Assembly: GCA_963836185.1 (NCBI GenBank)
Contig: CAWIIQ010000002.1
Coordinates: 192,001-256,000, forward strand
Direction of reading: 5' to 3'
Source of the DNA: Candidatus Krumholzibacteriia bacterium
Lineage (GTDB): Bacteria > Krumholzibacteriota > Krumholzibacteriia > Krumholzibacteriales > Krumholzibacteriaceae
Length of the DNA stretch: 64,000 nucleotides
Part shown: piece by piece, positions 38,808-48,020 of the stretch
How the letters are laid out: each line of letters starts with the position of its first letter
Numbering within the stretch: the first letter of the stretch is position 1
The notes under the pieces: generated by a model
The model's input: the letters and a program-made list of their open reading frames with translations, nothing else
Told to the model about the DNA's origin: nothing
The model's database searches: none
Translations under genes and position numbers: made by a program

Positions 38808-39356
38808 TTATCCGTTTGGCCAAATCCCATAACCACTGAAATGTTTAAGTTCAGTAACTATGTCCCCATTCTCTACGCGTCCACCGACATCCTGCCAGAT
38901 TCCTGCATCTTCATTGTTCCACAGAGTCCTATAGGAAGTTGCGTTCGAATCGACCTTTGCCAGTGGCAGCGTCATGATGACGTTCTTGTTAAACTCGATG
39001 CCGTGGGGGCCCAGCTCTACCATCGCTTCAGGGTACCTGGGCATGTCGATGGTGATCTCGGTGTCCTCATTGAGGGCTCCGGGCGGGAAGTACAAACTGA
39101 CGTAGCCGTTTGTCACGGTCCCGCCCGTTTCGGCTGAAATCACCATGGAGACGGAGGTTGAGGAGGTCAGTAACATATCTCGACCAGAAGAACCCGCGGA
39201 GGTGGAGAGAACCTGGACGAAAACGGGGTTCTCAACACCGGGCGTAGTGTCGTCCTGTGAGGGGGATACAGGAGAGTATCCACAGCCCATGGCAGCCAGT
39301 ACACTGAGGAAGGTTGAAACGGTGAGGAATTTGTGGGCTATGGTTCGTCCTGACAT
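38808..39356 (-). CDS. Lipoprotein with ZU5-like domain
   Basis: AAGGAGG RBS before ATG 39356; lipobox AMGC; GGTV...LYFPPGAL...ELGPHGIEF...KHFS. Confidence 0.75.
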   Translation of the reverse strand: MSGRTIAHKFLTVSTFLSVLAAMGCGYSPVSPSQDDTTPGVENPVFVQVLSTSAGSSGRDMLLTSSTSVSMVISAETGGTVTNGYVSLYFPPGALNEDTEITIDMPRYPEAMVELGPHGIEFNKNVIMTLPLAKVDSNATSYRTLWNNEDAGIWQDVGGRVENGDIVTELKHFSGYGIWPNG

Positions 39357-39417
39357 TTCTCCCACCTCCTTGGGGTCTTTGGTGAACAACTTCTTTCGTT
39401 TCTCACCCTGGTATAAG

Positions 39418-39432
39418 GCAACGCAAGTGCCA
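39418..39432 (-). promoter_or_regulatory. Sigma54 promoter of the ZU5 lipoprotein gene
   Basis: Minus strand TGGCACTTGCGTTGC, full consensus; IHF-like TATCAACAAGTTC at 39517-39529. Confidence 0.82.
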
Positions 39433-39704
39433 CGGGCCAAAAGCCGGCACGCAGATGCCGTTCTGGGGAGCGATCATTGTGTCAACTTATGTTGTCTGTC
39501 TGGATTTGTGACTTTGGAACTTGTTGATAGACAAGCAACTACAGGATCTGGAAAAGTCCCGGATCCTGCCTTGAAAAAGTGATCGTTCGTGGAAATAGGC
39601 TGGTACGAAAGCCCCGGCCGAAATGTCGGATTGGGATTATTCCTGAATCTGTTGGGGGAGATTTTCGGACTGGCAGGGGGGTATGCTTGTAAGAGTCAGC
39701 GTTT

Positions 39705-41165
39705 TCAGTCTGTTACAGAAACCGGCTCAAATTCGCCGGTTTTGAGTTTTTTCTTAAGCTCCTGACCGTCTATTCCGTGTTTCTTCATCTTGTATCTCAA
39801 GGTTCCTCGTTCTACCTCAAGAAGGTGGGCTGCGCGGGTTATATTTCCCCCTGTCCTGACGAGCGTCTCGAGGATCACGGCCTCTTCGACCTGGTCGAGA
39901 CTGACACCCTCTGATGGAATATCGATCCTCAGAGTTCCGTTTTCTTTCTTAACCTGGCAGGTTGTTTCTTCCGTTCTGGTCTCGGTGGCTATGGGCAAGT
40001 CAGCTGAACGGATCATTCCTGTCGTGTTCAGAAGAACCGCGCGCTCGATGAGATTGATCAACTCCCGGATGTTTCCAGGCCATGAATACTGCTCGAGAAG
40101 GGTGAACGCATCCTCTGTGAGGGAGATGTCGCCTTTGTTGAGGCGGCGGGAGAACTTTTCTGTGTATGTCTCGGCTATAGGGCGGATATCTTCCTTGCGG
40201 CTGCGAAGGGGCGGAATCACGATCTCGACAACGTTTAGCCTGTAATAGAGATCGGCCCTGAACCGCTTTGTATCCACGTCATCCTTCAAATTCCTGTTTG
40301 TAGCGGAGATCACCCTGACATCTACAGGAAGGAACTGTGTGCCGCTCACTCTCCTTATAGTCCTCGAATCGAGGAACTTGAGGAGCTTTGCCTGGAGGTT
40401 GAAGTCGATCTCGCCTACTTCATCAAGGAAGATCGATCCTCCATTTGCGACCTCGAACAGCCCCATCTTTCTTTCCTTGGCGTCTGTGAAGGCTCCCTTC
40501 TCATATCCGAAGAACTCACTTTCAAGAAGCTTGGAAGGGATCGCGGCGCAGTTTACCTCTATGAGGGGCCCTGAAGATCGAGCGCTTATCTGATGGATAG
40601 CGCTGGCGAGCACTCCTTTGCCGGTGCCGTTTTCGCCCGTGATCATGACCGATGTGCAATCGCTCTTTCCTACCTTGATCGCCAGGGCGATGATTTCCTG
40701 CATGGCCTCACTGACACCTATGATGTCATCGAACCCTTCTGGTTTCGACGTTCTTTCCCTTATGGCTTCATCCCGTTTACGTTTCCCGAGACCGCTGGCG
40801 ATCTGGCTGAGGATAAGGTGGAGGTCCCTGCTCTCGTACGGCATATGGAGCTGGTGTCTTGCGCCCAGCCTCAAGCTGACGTTGTCCTCGTTCCTCAGTC
40901 CCTCCGGTATAAGAAGGATGATCTGGGAAGTGGAATTGTGTCTGTGCCAGTCGATCAGGTTGTCGATATCAGGTGAGATGTCCCGGGTTCCGGCTTCATT
41001 CGTGCCGGCTAATATAAGGACCTGTGGAGCCGATTTCTCTCTTTCCAGAATGAAATCGTTTACGCTGGAGAACTTAGATACTTTCCATCCTGACTCGGCA
41101 CAGTCGTTCTCTACTGTCCCGAGGATATCTGAATGGGAGCATATTATGTCTAGTTCAAGTGACAT
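39705..41165 (-). CDS. Sigma54-dependent activator with degenerate receiver-like domain
   Basis: GENGTGKG, GAFTDA, WPGNIRELIN, HTH; N-terminal ~125 aa of REC-like length without the phospho-Asp. Confidence 0.9.
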   Translation of the reverse strand: MSLELDIICSHSDILGTVENDCAESGWKVSKFSSVNDFILEREKSAPQVLILAGTNEAGTRDISPDIDNLIDWHRHNSTSQIILLIPEGLRNEDNVSLRLGARHQLHMPYESRDLHLILSQIASGLGKRKRDEAIRERTSKPEGFDDIIGVSEAMQEIIALAIKVGKSDCTSVMITGENGTGKGVLASAIHQISARSSGPLIEVNCAAIPSKLLESEFFGYEKGAFTDAKERKMGLFEVANGGSIFLDEVGEIDFNLQAKLLKFLDSRTIRRVSGTQFLPVDVRVISATNRNLKDDVDTKRFRADLYYRLNVVEIVIPPLRSRKEDIRPIAETYTEKFSRRLNKGDISLTEDAFTLLEQYSWPGNIRELINLIERAVLLNTTGMIRSADLPIATETRTEETTCQVKKENGTLRIDIPSEGVSLDQVEEAVILETLVRTGGNITRAAHLLEVERGTLRYKMKKHGIDGQELKKKLKTGEFEPVSVTD

Positions 41166-41223
41166 TTTTTAAACTGCATTTGTAAAGTCGGTGTTTCAGG
41201 CGTACTGGTTCAGGCTGTTAACT

Positions 41224-41238
41224 GCAAGATATATGCCT
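41224..41238 (-). promoter_or_regulatory. Putative sigma54 promoter of the bEBP gene
   Basis: Minus strand AGGCATATATCTTGC (GG-N10-GC). Confidence 0.62.
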
Positions 41239-41328
41239 CATTACGGGGAATCATGCCTCGCGTGGATATCAGTCGGCATTGAAAGGAGAGGTCTTATTTG
41301 TTATCTTATTAACCGATTGCATCTGTTG

Positions 41329-41354
41329 ACTATCCGCGGAGTTACTATCCGCGG
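41329..41354. repeat. 11-bp direct repeat ACTATCCGCGG
   Basis: Copies at 41329-41339 and 41344-41354 in a divergent intergenic region. Confidence 0.7.
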
Positions 41355-41393
41355 GGTCTCAAAACTAGCAGCCCCTGGATCGAGGTTGATGAT

Positions 41394-43307
41394 ATGCGTG
41401 ATTTGGGAAAGATGTTCCCGCGGATGACTGGATACGCCCTGTTGCTTGCGATTGCTGCATTCGGCCTTTCAGGCTGCAGTGATGATGCGGAGGGTGGTGG
41501 AGAGCCTGTCACCATAAGTTCCGTCACTCCTTCTGAAGCGAGTGCCGGGGATATGGTTACGATAGAAGGTAATGGCTTCAGCGCCGATCCGGCGAAGAAT
41601 GTTGTCAGCTTCTCGGTGGCCGGCGTTTCAAGCTCCTCGGCGAGCAGGGATGCCATTCCTGTCGAAGCGACAAGTACGAGCCTGAGGGTCGAAGTCCCCG
41701 AAGGTTCGTTCACGGGTGATGTGGCGGTAAGATCGCCGTTTCCTATCAGCAGTGGTTCATTCGACTTTACGCCGCCCGGTGTTCCTTCAAACTCTCTGGA
41801 CTTCATGGTCAGGCTGCTCCGCGGTGATGTGGCGAAGATCTACTATGCTGCTTCCGACTACGACCTGGCTGTCAAGACAGGGCTGTCCGGCGAGGAGTAC
41901 ATCCTGATACTCTTCGACAGCGCCACCCCCCCGGACCTGAACATGACTTTCAATTACACGGTCAATAACGATACGCCGTGTTCATCGGCTCCCGCTGCCG
42001 TTGGACCGGATGCCGGTGTTGATAGCGGCGACCAGCCGGACAAGACCGATCCCATGCTTCTGGCGGGGGCTGGAGAGATCACCAGGTCGTTCGAGCGCAA
42101 GAAGTGGGAGGAAGCTCTCGGCCTTCTTCGCGGCGGACCTGTTGATATCGATGTCGACAATACCAGGCCGGCACCATCGCGGTCTTCCTCGCTGGAACCT
42201 CAGGAGCGGCAGTTTTACGTGTTCAGTAATTTCAGTGGAAGCACGGTCAACCCTGACGATTTCACACTCGTTACAGCCGACCTGAAATACGAGGGAACGC
42301 ACACCCTGCTTTACCTCGACCAGACTACACACAGTACCTGCATCAATGACTCAGAGGCGGAGGCCCTTGGCCTGGAGTTCGAGAACAGTATCTATCCGAC
42401 AAATACCTCGAGTTTCGGATCCGAGCCCGATATTAATGGTGACGGCAAGGTCGTCATCCTCCTGACCCCGCTGGTTAACGAACTGACTCCTGATGGCGGC
42501 GCCTCGGCCGGTTATATTGCCGGATTCTTCATGCCGGGCGACCTTCTGCCCGCTTATGTCCCGTCCGGAGCGTCGAACGGGATGGAGATCTACTACTCGA
42601 TGGTACCTGATCCTGGCGGTGAATACGGGAACGTGTACCCCAAGGAGCCGGCGCTCGAGTCGATCAAGGGTGTTACCGCGCACGAGTTCCAGCACATGAT
42701 AATGTTCAATTACCGGGTCCTGATATTCGGGAGCGGTTACAGCGGTGCATACATGGCCGAACTCTGGGTGGATGAGGGACTCGCTCATATTGCCGAGGAT
42801 CTCAACGATCACGACCAGAGTAATATTAACCGCGCGAACCTCTTCCTGAACGATCCTGGTAACGTAACCCTGATCCAGGGGGGAGATGCCCTCACGGAGA
42901 GGGGAGCCAGTTTTCTTTTCTTCAGGTACCTCGGTGACCGGTTCGGCGTAGGAGTCTATTGGGATATCGTTCAGACAAGGAAGACAGGTATCGCCAACAT
43001 AGAAGAGGTCACCGGCTACAGCTTCAAGGAACTGTTTACCGACTGGGCTGCCACTATGTATTTTGAGAGCATGGAGGTGACGCCCGTCGATCCGAAGTAT
43101 TCTTATTCCTCATTTGATATGGCGGCGGTTTTTGAGCCGCTAAGGGTCAGGCAGACCAATATCTGCGGGAGCCCTTACAACGGAGACGTGAAATCGTACG
43201 GGCCGGATTTCCTGCGTCTGGAATTCTCCGGTTCTGACGTCTACGACATAAATATTTCAAGTGCGTTGTTCGGGAGTATGAATGCGGCTCTTATCAGGAC
43301 CCAGTGA
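41394..43307 (+). CDS. Lipoprotein zinc metallopeptidase with IPT/TIG domain (M30-like gluzincin)
   Basis: Lipobox LSGC; ITSVTP-type TIG start (TISSVTP...VTIEGNGF); DINGDGKV, AHEFQHMI and WVDEGLAH; start could be 41412. Confidence 0.82.
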   Translation: MRDLGKMFPRMTGYALLLAIAAFGLSGCSDDAEGGGEPVTISSVTPSEASAGDMVTIEGNGFSADPAKNVVSFSVAGVSSSSASRDAIPVEATSTSLRVEVPEGSFTGDVAVRSPFPISSGSFDFTPPGVPSNSLDFMVRLLRGDVAKIYYAASDYDLAVKTGLSGEEYILILFDSATPPDLNMTFNYTVNNDTPCSSAPAAVGPDAGVDSGDQPDKTDPMLLAGAGEITRSFERKKWEEALGLLRGGPVDIDVDNTRPAPSRSSSLEPQERQFYVFSNFSGSTVNPDDFTLVTADLKYEGTHTLLYLDQTTHSTCINDSEAEALGLEFENSIYPTNTSSFGSEPDINGDGKVVILLTPLVNELTPDGGASAGYIAGFFMPGDLLPAYVPSGASNGMEIYYSMVPDPGGEYGNVYPKEPALESIKGVTAHEFQHMIMFNYRVLIFGSGYSGAYMAELWVDEGLAHIAEDLNDHDQSNINRANLFLNDPGNVTLIQGGDALTERGASFLFFRYLGDRFGVGVYWDIVQTRKTGIANIEEVTGYSFKELFTDWAATMYFESMEVTPVDPKYSYSSFDMAAVFEPLRVRQTNICGSPYNGDVKSYGPDFLRLEFSGSDVYDINISSALFGSMNAALIRTQ

Positions 43308-43806
43308 TATTCTGATCGCGCTGCTTCTTCTCGCGGTGACTTCGTGCGCCTCCGCTCCTCCAGCTTCATCTTCCATGGAGCAGTTTCAGCTGGAAGGCTC
43401 CATCCGTGTCGAGGGAGATCAGCCATTCAACAGGGTGATAGTCCTTTCAGACTCTCAGGAGATCAGGTGGAACCTCGATCCGGGCGATCTGGAGGCTGAA
43501 CTTATTCTGCTCGACGGCTATGACGTGACGCTTGTCTGTTCCGGTATTCCTGGTAAAAGGGGCGAGAGGGATGCCCTGGTAGAGAGTTATGTGCTGGTAC
43601 CGCCTGAGGGGATGGTCGCGGTGCTTGGGGATCTTTCGGTCGGGGACGAAACTGTCTTCCTGAATGTCGACGGCAGCAGTTATCGGCTCAACGGGCCCCT
43701 TACAGCCGCGCTGAGGGCTTTCGACGATCACCGAGCCTGGGTATGGGGGATGCCGGGTGATGGTGATATTCTCGACGTAAGCGGCTACGAGGTCCTCGGG
43801 CCGTAG
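43282..43806 (+). CDS. Hypothetical lipoprotein
   Basis: Lipobox VTSC; overlaps the peptidase stop codon. Confidence 0.6.
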   Translation: MRLLSGPSDILIALLLLAVTSCASAPPASSSMEQFQLEGSIRVEGDQPFNRVIVLSDSQEIRWNLDPGDLEAELILLDGYDVTLVCSGIPGKRGERDALVESYVLVPPEGMVAVLGDLSVGDETVFLNVDGSSYRLNGPLTAALRAFDDHRAWVWGMPGDGDILDVSGYEVLGP

Positions 43807-43838
43807 AAAAGGGATTTCAACAATAATCGAGGAAACAG

Positions 43839-44253
43839 TCACTGCTGATGTGAGTCAGCCCGGGCCTGATCCCGTCTCTCCTTGACCTCTTCGATGTTCT
43901 TGTAGCGGATGAAGCGGGACATCTCGAGCTGGGTGAAGAACATCGCGAGGCGGTCGTTGCACGGCTCGATCTTCTCACCGAACTTCTCCTTGAGGATGAC
44001 TGGCGATCTCTCCGATGTCGCGCGTGCCGTCGATGTTCTCCCAGACGGTCGCTCCGATATCGTCGAGCGCGATCTTGAAATAGGGGCTTTTCAGACGAGA
44101 GCCGACCATCTTTTTCATTAAGCCGGTCTTGAACCTCGGGCCGAGAATGGTGACGATGCCTTCATCGTCCCTTGTCGACTTCACGGTCTGCTCGGGGATG
44201 AGCTCGAGAAGGTTGATGTCTGGACTGGTCGTCTTTTTCTTTCTTCCGAACAT
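43839..44253 (-). CDS. PqqD-family (RRE-like) protein, +1 frameshift near 44001
   Basis: IALDDIGATVWENIDG..IGEIA continues as VILKEKFGEKIEPCNDRLAMFFTQLE in the shifted frame. Confidence 0.8.
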
Positions 44254-44274
44254 TGTCTGACTATCCCGTCTTCG

Positions 44275-44310
44275 AAAAAGAAGGCCCCGGAGCTCTGCGG
44301 CTCCGGGGCC
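44275..44310 (-). terminator. Intrinsic terminator after the OPT gene
   Basis: 11-bp stem GGCCCCGGAGC/GCTCCGGGGCC followed by TTCTTTTT on the minus strand. Confidence 0.75.
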
Positions 44311-44326
44311 AATAACGCTATATAGA

Positions 44327-46312
44327 CTATTTTGACGCGCTCTTCGCGGGAATCCTGATCAGGATCCATCCGAGAAGGGCGAATACAAGAAGGGCCAGCC
44401 ACGGGTTGCCGCCCTCGATGATCGAGGGAAGGATCGCCTCGCCACCACCGGCGACGACAGTCGCGGCAATGATGATACCCATCAGCGCCTGGCCCGCGAT
44501 GAGGCCCGACGCGAGGAGTATGCCGGTATTGTCGGCCTTCTCCTTGTTGAGGTTGCGCTTCTTGATGTATCCGTCGGCGAACCACTTGATGATCCCGCCG
44601 ATGAAGATCGCGGAGGTCGTGTGGAACGGAAGGTACATGCCGACTGCGATCAGCATCGGCGAAGGAGCGCCGATGAGGATCAGGGCGATCGCGAAGATCG
44701 CTCCCATGATCACGAGCGGCCAGGCCATCTGTCCGGTGATGATACCCTGAGCCAGCATCGCCATCAGTCCGGCCTGCGGCGCGGGAAGGTCGGTTCCGCC
44801 GATACCTCCCGTTGAGGCGTACCCCGTGTGGAGCAGCTGGAGGACCAGGGCCATGACGAACGCGGCCGCGACCACTCCTATGATGCAGCCGAGTTCCATA
44901 GCCCTCGGCGTACCGCCGAGGATATGTCCGGCCTTGAGATCCTGTATGATGTCGCCCGCCACTCCGCTCGAGCAGCAGACAACGGCCGCGACTCCGAGCA
45001 CCGCGGCTACGCCGAACGCTCCCTTCACTCCGACGGCCACCATCAATATCGCCGCCACGATCAATGTAGATAGCGTGAGCCCGGAGATCGGGTTGTTGCT
45101 CGATCCGATCGTTCCTACGAGGAAACCGGCGACCGCGGCGAAGAGGAATCCCGCGATCGTCATTACGATCGCCGAGACAGCCGCTCCGATGATGCTGCCG
45201 CTGAAGTACCAGTAGAGGAAGAAGATCGGTATGACGAGCGCTATGATCCCGATCAGCGTGATCGAGTAGGGGATGTCCTTGTCGATGCGGCTCGTTTCAC
45301 CTTCGGTCTTGACCTTGCCGATCTGGCCGAGGTCCTTGAAGGCCCTCGCTACGCCTGCGCTGAGTGATTTGCGCATCTTGAAGAGTGTATAGAACGCTCC
45401 GACGAGCATTGCGCCTACGGCGAGAGGACGGACCTGCGAGTTCCATACGGCGCCGGTCGTCTCCATCCAGTCGGTGCCCGGGCCGAAGGTGCCGGCGATG
45501 AAGATAAAGAGCGGGGTCATCATCATGTGGCCGAAGACGCCGCCGGCGAATACGATCGCCGCGAGCCTCGGGCCGATGATGTAGCCGACGCCGAGCATCG
45601 CGGGCGAGGCCTCGGGCGACTCGATGAAGATGCCGCCTGTCGGGTTCGACCCGGCCGTTATCGCCTTCAGGTCACTCGTCATCAGCTGGAAGTTCTTTAC
45701 CGTCGGCAGCATCCAGAAATGCTTGACGTAACCCTGGATGAGCTGGAGGCCGAAGCTGTTCTTCAGCATTTCGAGAAGGGCCGCAACGCCTATCATCCCG
45801 AATACGTACTTCGCGCCTGTCGCTCCGCCCTGGCCCGCCTTCACGATCTCTGAGCAGGCGACGCTCTCCGGGAAGGGGAGCGACTTGTCGTCGATCAGGA
45901 CGCGCCTGAGGAAGATCACGAAGAACACGCCGAGGATGCCGCCTACCAGCATGAGGAAGGTGCTTTCCCAGTAGTGGATGTTCTCCCAGATAGGGGCGCC
46001 GGTCTCAGGATTCTTGGCGATCAGGAACGCGGGGATCGTGAAGATCGCTCCGGCGACGACGGCCTCTCCGACAGCAGCCGTGGTACGGCACGTGTTCTCC
46101 TCGAGGATCGATCCCTTGAGCGGTTTGAGCACCGCCATGGCCATCACGGCCGCCGGGAACGTGGCCGCCACAGTCATGCCCGCCACGAGGCCGAGGTAGG
46201 CGTTCGCCGCGCCGAGGACGATCGAGAGTATCGCGCCGAACACGATCGCCGGCAGCGTAAACTCCTTCATCTTCGTTTCAGCGGACACATATGGTTTGAA
46301 CTCTTCGGCCAT
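44327..46312 (-). CDS. OPT family oligopeptide transporter
   Basis: EFTL, ANAYLGL, ILEEN, LPFPESVAC, SSNNPISG, QDLKAG, LPAPQA, AVGMYLP. Confidence 0.94.
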   Translation of the reverse strand: MAEEFKPYVSAETKMKEFTLPAIVFGAILSIVLGAANAYLGLVAGMTVAATFPAAVMAMAVLKPLKGSILEENTCRTTAAVGEAVVAGAIFTIPAFLIAKNPETGAPIWENIHYWESTFLMLVGGILGVFFVIFLRRVLIDDKSLPFPESVACSEIVKAGQGGATGAKYVFGMIGVAALLEMLKNSFGLQLIQGYVKHFWMLPTVKNFQLMTSDLKAITAGSNPTGGIFIESPEASPAMLGVGYIIGPRLAAIVFAGGVFGHMMMTPLFIFIAGTFGPGTDWMETTGAVWNSQVRPLAVGAMLVGAFYTLFKMRKSLSAGVARAFKDLGQIGKVKTEGETSRIDKDIPYSITLIGIIALVIPIFFLYWYFSGSIIGAAVSAIVMTIAGFLFAAVAGFLVGTIGSSNNPISGLTLSTLIVAAILMVAVGVKGAFGVAAVLGVAAVVCCSSGVAGDIIQDLKAGHILGGTPRAMELGCIIGVVAAAFVMALVLQLLHTGYASTGGIGGTDLPAPQAGLMAMLAQGIITGQMAWPLVIMGAIFAIALILIGAPSPMLIAVGMYLPFHTTSAIFIGGIIKWFADGYIKKRNLNKEKADNTGILLASGLIAGQALMGIIIAATVVAGGGEAILPSIIEGGNPWLALLVFALLGWILIRIPAKSASK

Positions 46313-46431
46313 ATAGCCCTCCTTCCCTGGTCGAGAAACGGAACAACTCCACCTAGTCAGATATTTGACACCCGGTTATCCGGATGGGGCATGTTATTCA
46401 CAGCGTTCAGGCAAAGTCAAGGAAATCGTAC

Positions 46432-46447
46432 TGTCAGGAAGCTGACA
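46432..46447. promoter_or_regulatory. Palindromic operator/enhancer
   Basis: TGTCAG-GAAG-CTGACA (TGT-N10-ACA) between the divergent OPT and bEBP genes. Confidence 0.5.
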
Positions 46448-46589
46448 AGATCTCGTTCATAGATCGCCGGGGTCGTCGCGGCAACTGTCATTGTTGCAGG
46501 GAGTTGTTGAGACAGCAGTCTGCGGGTACAGGTATTGCCTTATCAGCGATGAATGATGTGAGCGGGCAGCTGAATCGAGGGAGGCAGGA

Positions 46590-48020
46590 TTGAAGAACGC
46601 GATAACCGAATACCTCGGGATTCTCTGCGGCGCTTGCGGAGCGTCGACTGCCCGCCTGCGTTTTTATTCCGGTGAGACAGGCTCGCAAGAACCGATAGTG
46701 GAGATTTGTGGAGGTGTTGACGCAGTTCAGGGCATGGAACTGGCGCTGAGGGAATCGGCCGCGTTTGTCGAGGGTTTCGGGGTCTGGCGGATGGACCGCA
46801 GCAGTTACGGCAGCGAGTGGCGGCTCGAACGGCGGCTCGACGGCATGTCTGTCTCACTCGACCTTGAGATGAACGAGAGCTCGCCATCGTTTGTCTCCAG
46901 GAGGCTGTCGGCCGCCGGGGAACTGCTCGGTCTGCTCGAACAGCTGATACCACTGGTCGAGTATCCGGTATCAGGCCCTGAGACATCCGGAGGGGCGGCA
47001 GCCGGAGGGAGCCGCCCTTTCGACCCTCCGATCATCGGGATCTCTCCCTCGATCGTCTCTCTCAGGGATGATGTCAGGAAGGTAGCGGCCGGGGAGATCC
47101 CCGTTCTTGTATGCGGGGAGAGTGGGACGGGGAAGGAACTCGTCGCGCGGAACATCCATTCGCTCGGGCCGAGAGAAGGCGGACCGTTCATCGCGGTCAA
47201 CTGCCTCGAGATGCCGGAAGGCCTTTTGCAGGGTGAACTGTTTGGAAGCGTCAGAGGTGCCTATACGGGAGCTGACCGTGACCGAGAGGGCCTGATCGAG
47301 GCGTCCGGGGGAGGGATCTTCTTTCTCGACGAGATTGGAGAGCTTCCCATGCATCTCCAGGCGGCGCTTCTTCGCGTCCTGCAGGAAAAGGAGGTCCGCA
47401 GGCTCGGAGAGGGCAGGAGCAGGAAGGTCGATGTCCGGTTCATCTTCGCGACCAATCGTGATCTCGAGGAACTCGTCCGTTCGGGAAGCTTCAGGGAGGA
47501 CCTCTATTTCAGATTGAACGCCGTGAAACTTTATATCCCGCCCCTGAGAGCGAGAAGCGAGGATATTCCGGTCCTGGCAGCGAGGTTTCTCGGTGAATCG
47601 TCCCGCCGGATGAGCGGCTGTTCGATGTCGATCACTGCCGGAGCCCTGTCGAGGCTCGTCGGCCACGTGTGGCCGGGGAATGTACGCGAGATGCGAAACG
47701 AGATCGAAAGGGCTGTGACGATGAATCCCGGCGCCAGGAGGATCACCGCTTCGATGCTCGAGATCCCGGAGAAGCGAAAGGGGATCCTGCCCGTCAACGA
47801 TTCAGGTTTTAAGGCGGCAACGATGCCCGAAGCTGTATTGGCGCTCGAACGGAAGATGATCGTAAGGGCGCTTGAGGGATTCGGCGGGAACAGGACTCGT
47901 ACGGCGAAGGCCCTGGGGATCACCCGCCAGGGCCTTCTGAAGAAACTCAAGAGAATGTGTATCGATCCGGATATATTCCGTGACAATCGATCTATCTCAG
48001 TAGAACAGCCTTCCGCGTGA
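46590..48020 (+). CDS. Sigma54-dependent activator with unrecognised N-terminal domain
   Basis: GESGTGKE, GAYTGA, WPGNVREMRN, GNRTRTAKALGITR. Confidence 0.88.
   Translation: MKNAITEYLGILCGACGASTARLRFYSGETGSQEPIVEICGGVDAVQGMELALRESAAFVEGFGVWRMDRSSYGSEWRLERRLDGMSVSLDLEMNESSPSFVSRRLSAAGELLGLLEQLIPLVEYPVSGPETSGGAAAGGSRPFDPPIIGISPSIVSLRDDVRKVAAGEIPVLVCGESGTGKELVARNIHSLGPREGGPFIAVNCLEMPEGLLQGELFGSVRGAYTGADRDREGLIEASGGGIFFLDEIGELPMHLQAALLRVLQEKEVRRLGEGRSRKVDVRFIFATNRDLEELVRSGSFREDLYFRLNAVKLYIPPLRARSEDIPVLAARFLGESSRRMSGCSMSITAGALSRLVGHVWPGNVREMRNEIERAVTMNPGARRITASMLEIPEKRKGILPVNDSGFKAATMPEAVLALERKMIVRALEGFGGNRTRTAKALGITRQGLLKKLKRMCIDPDIFRDNRSISVEQPSA

Noticed and set aside
35600-38900. Prophage or IS-bounded island
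   Set aside because: No integrase, transposase, att-like repeats or phage genes
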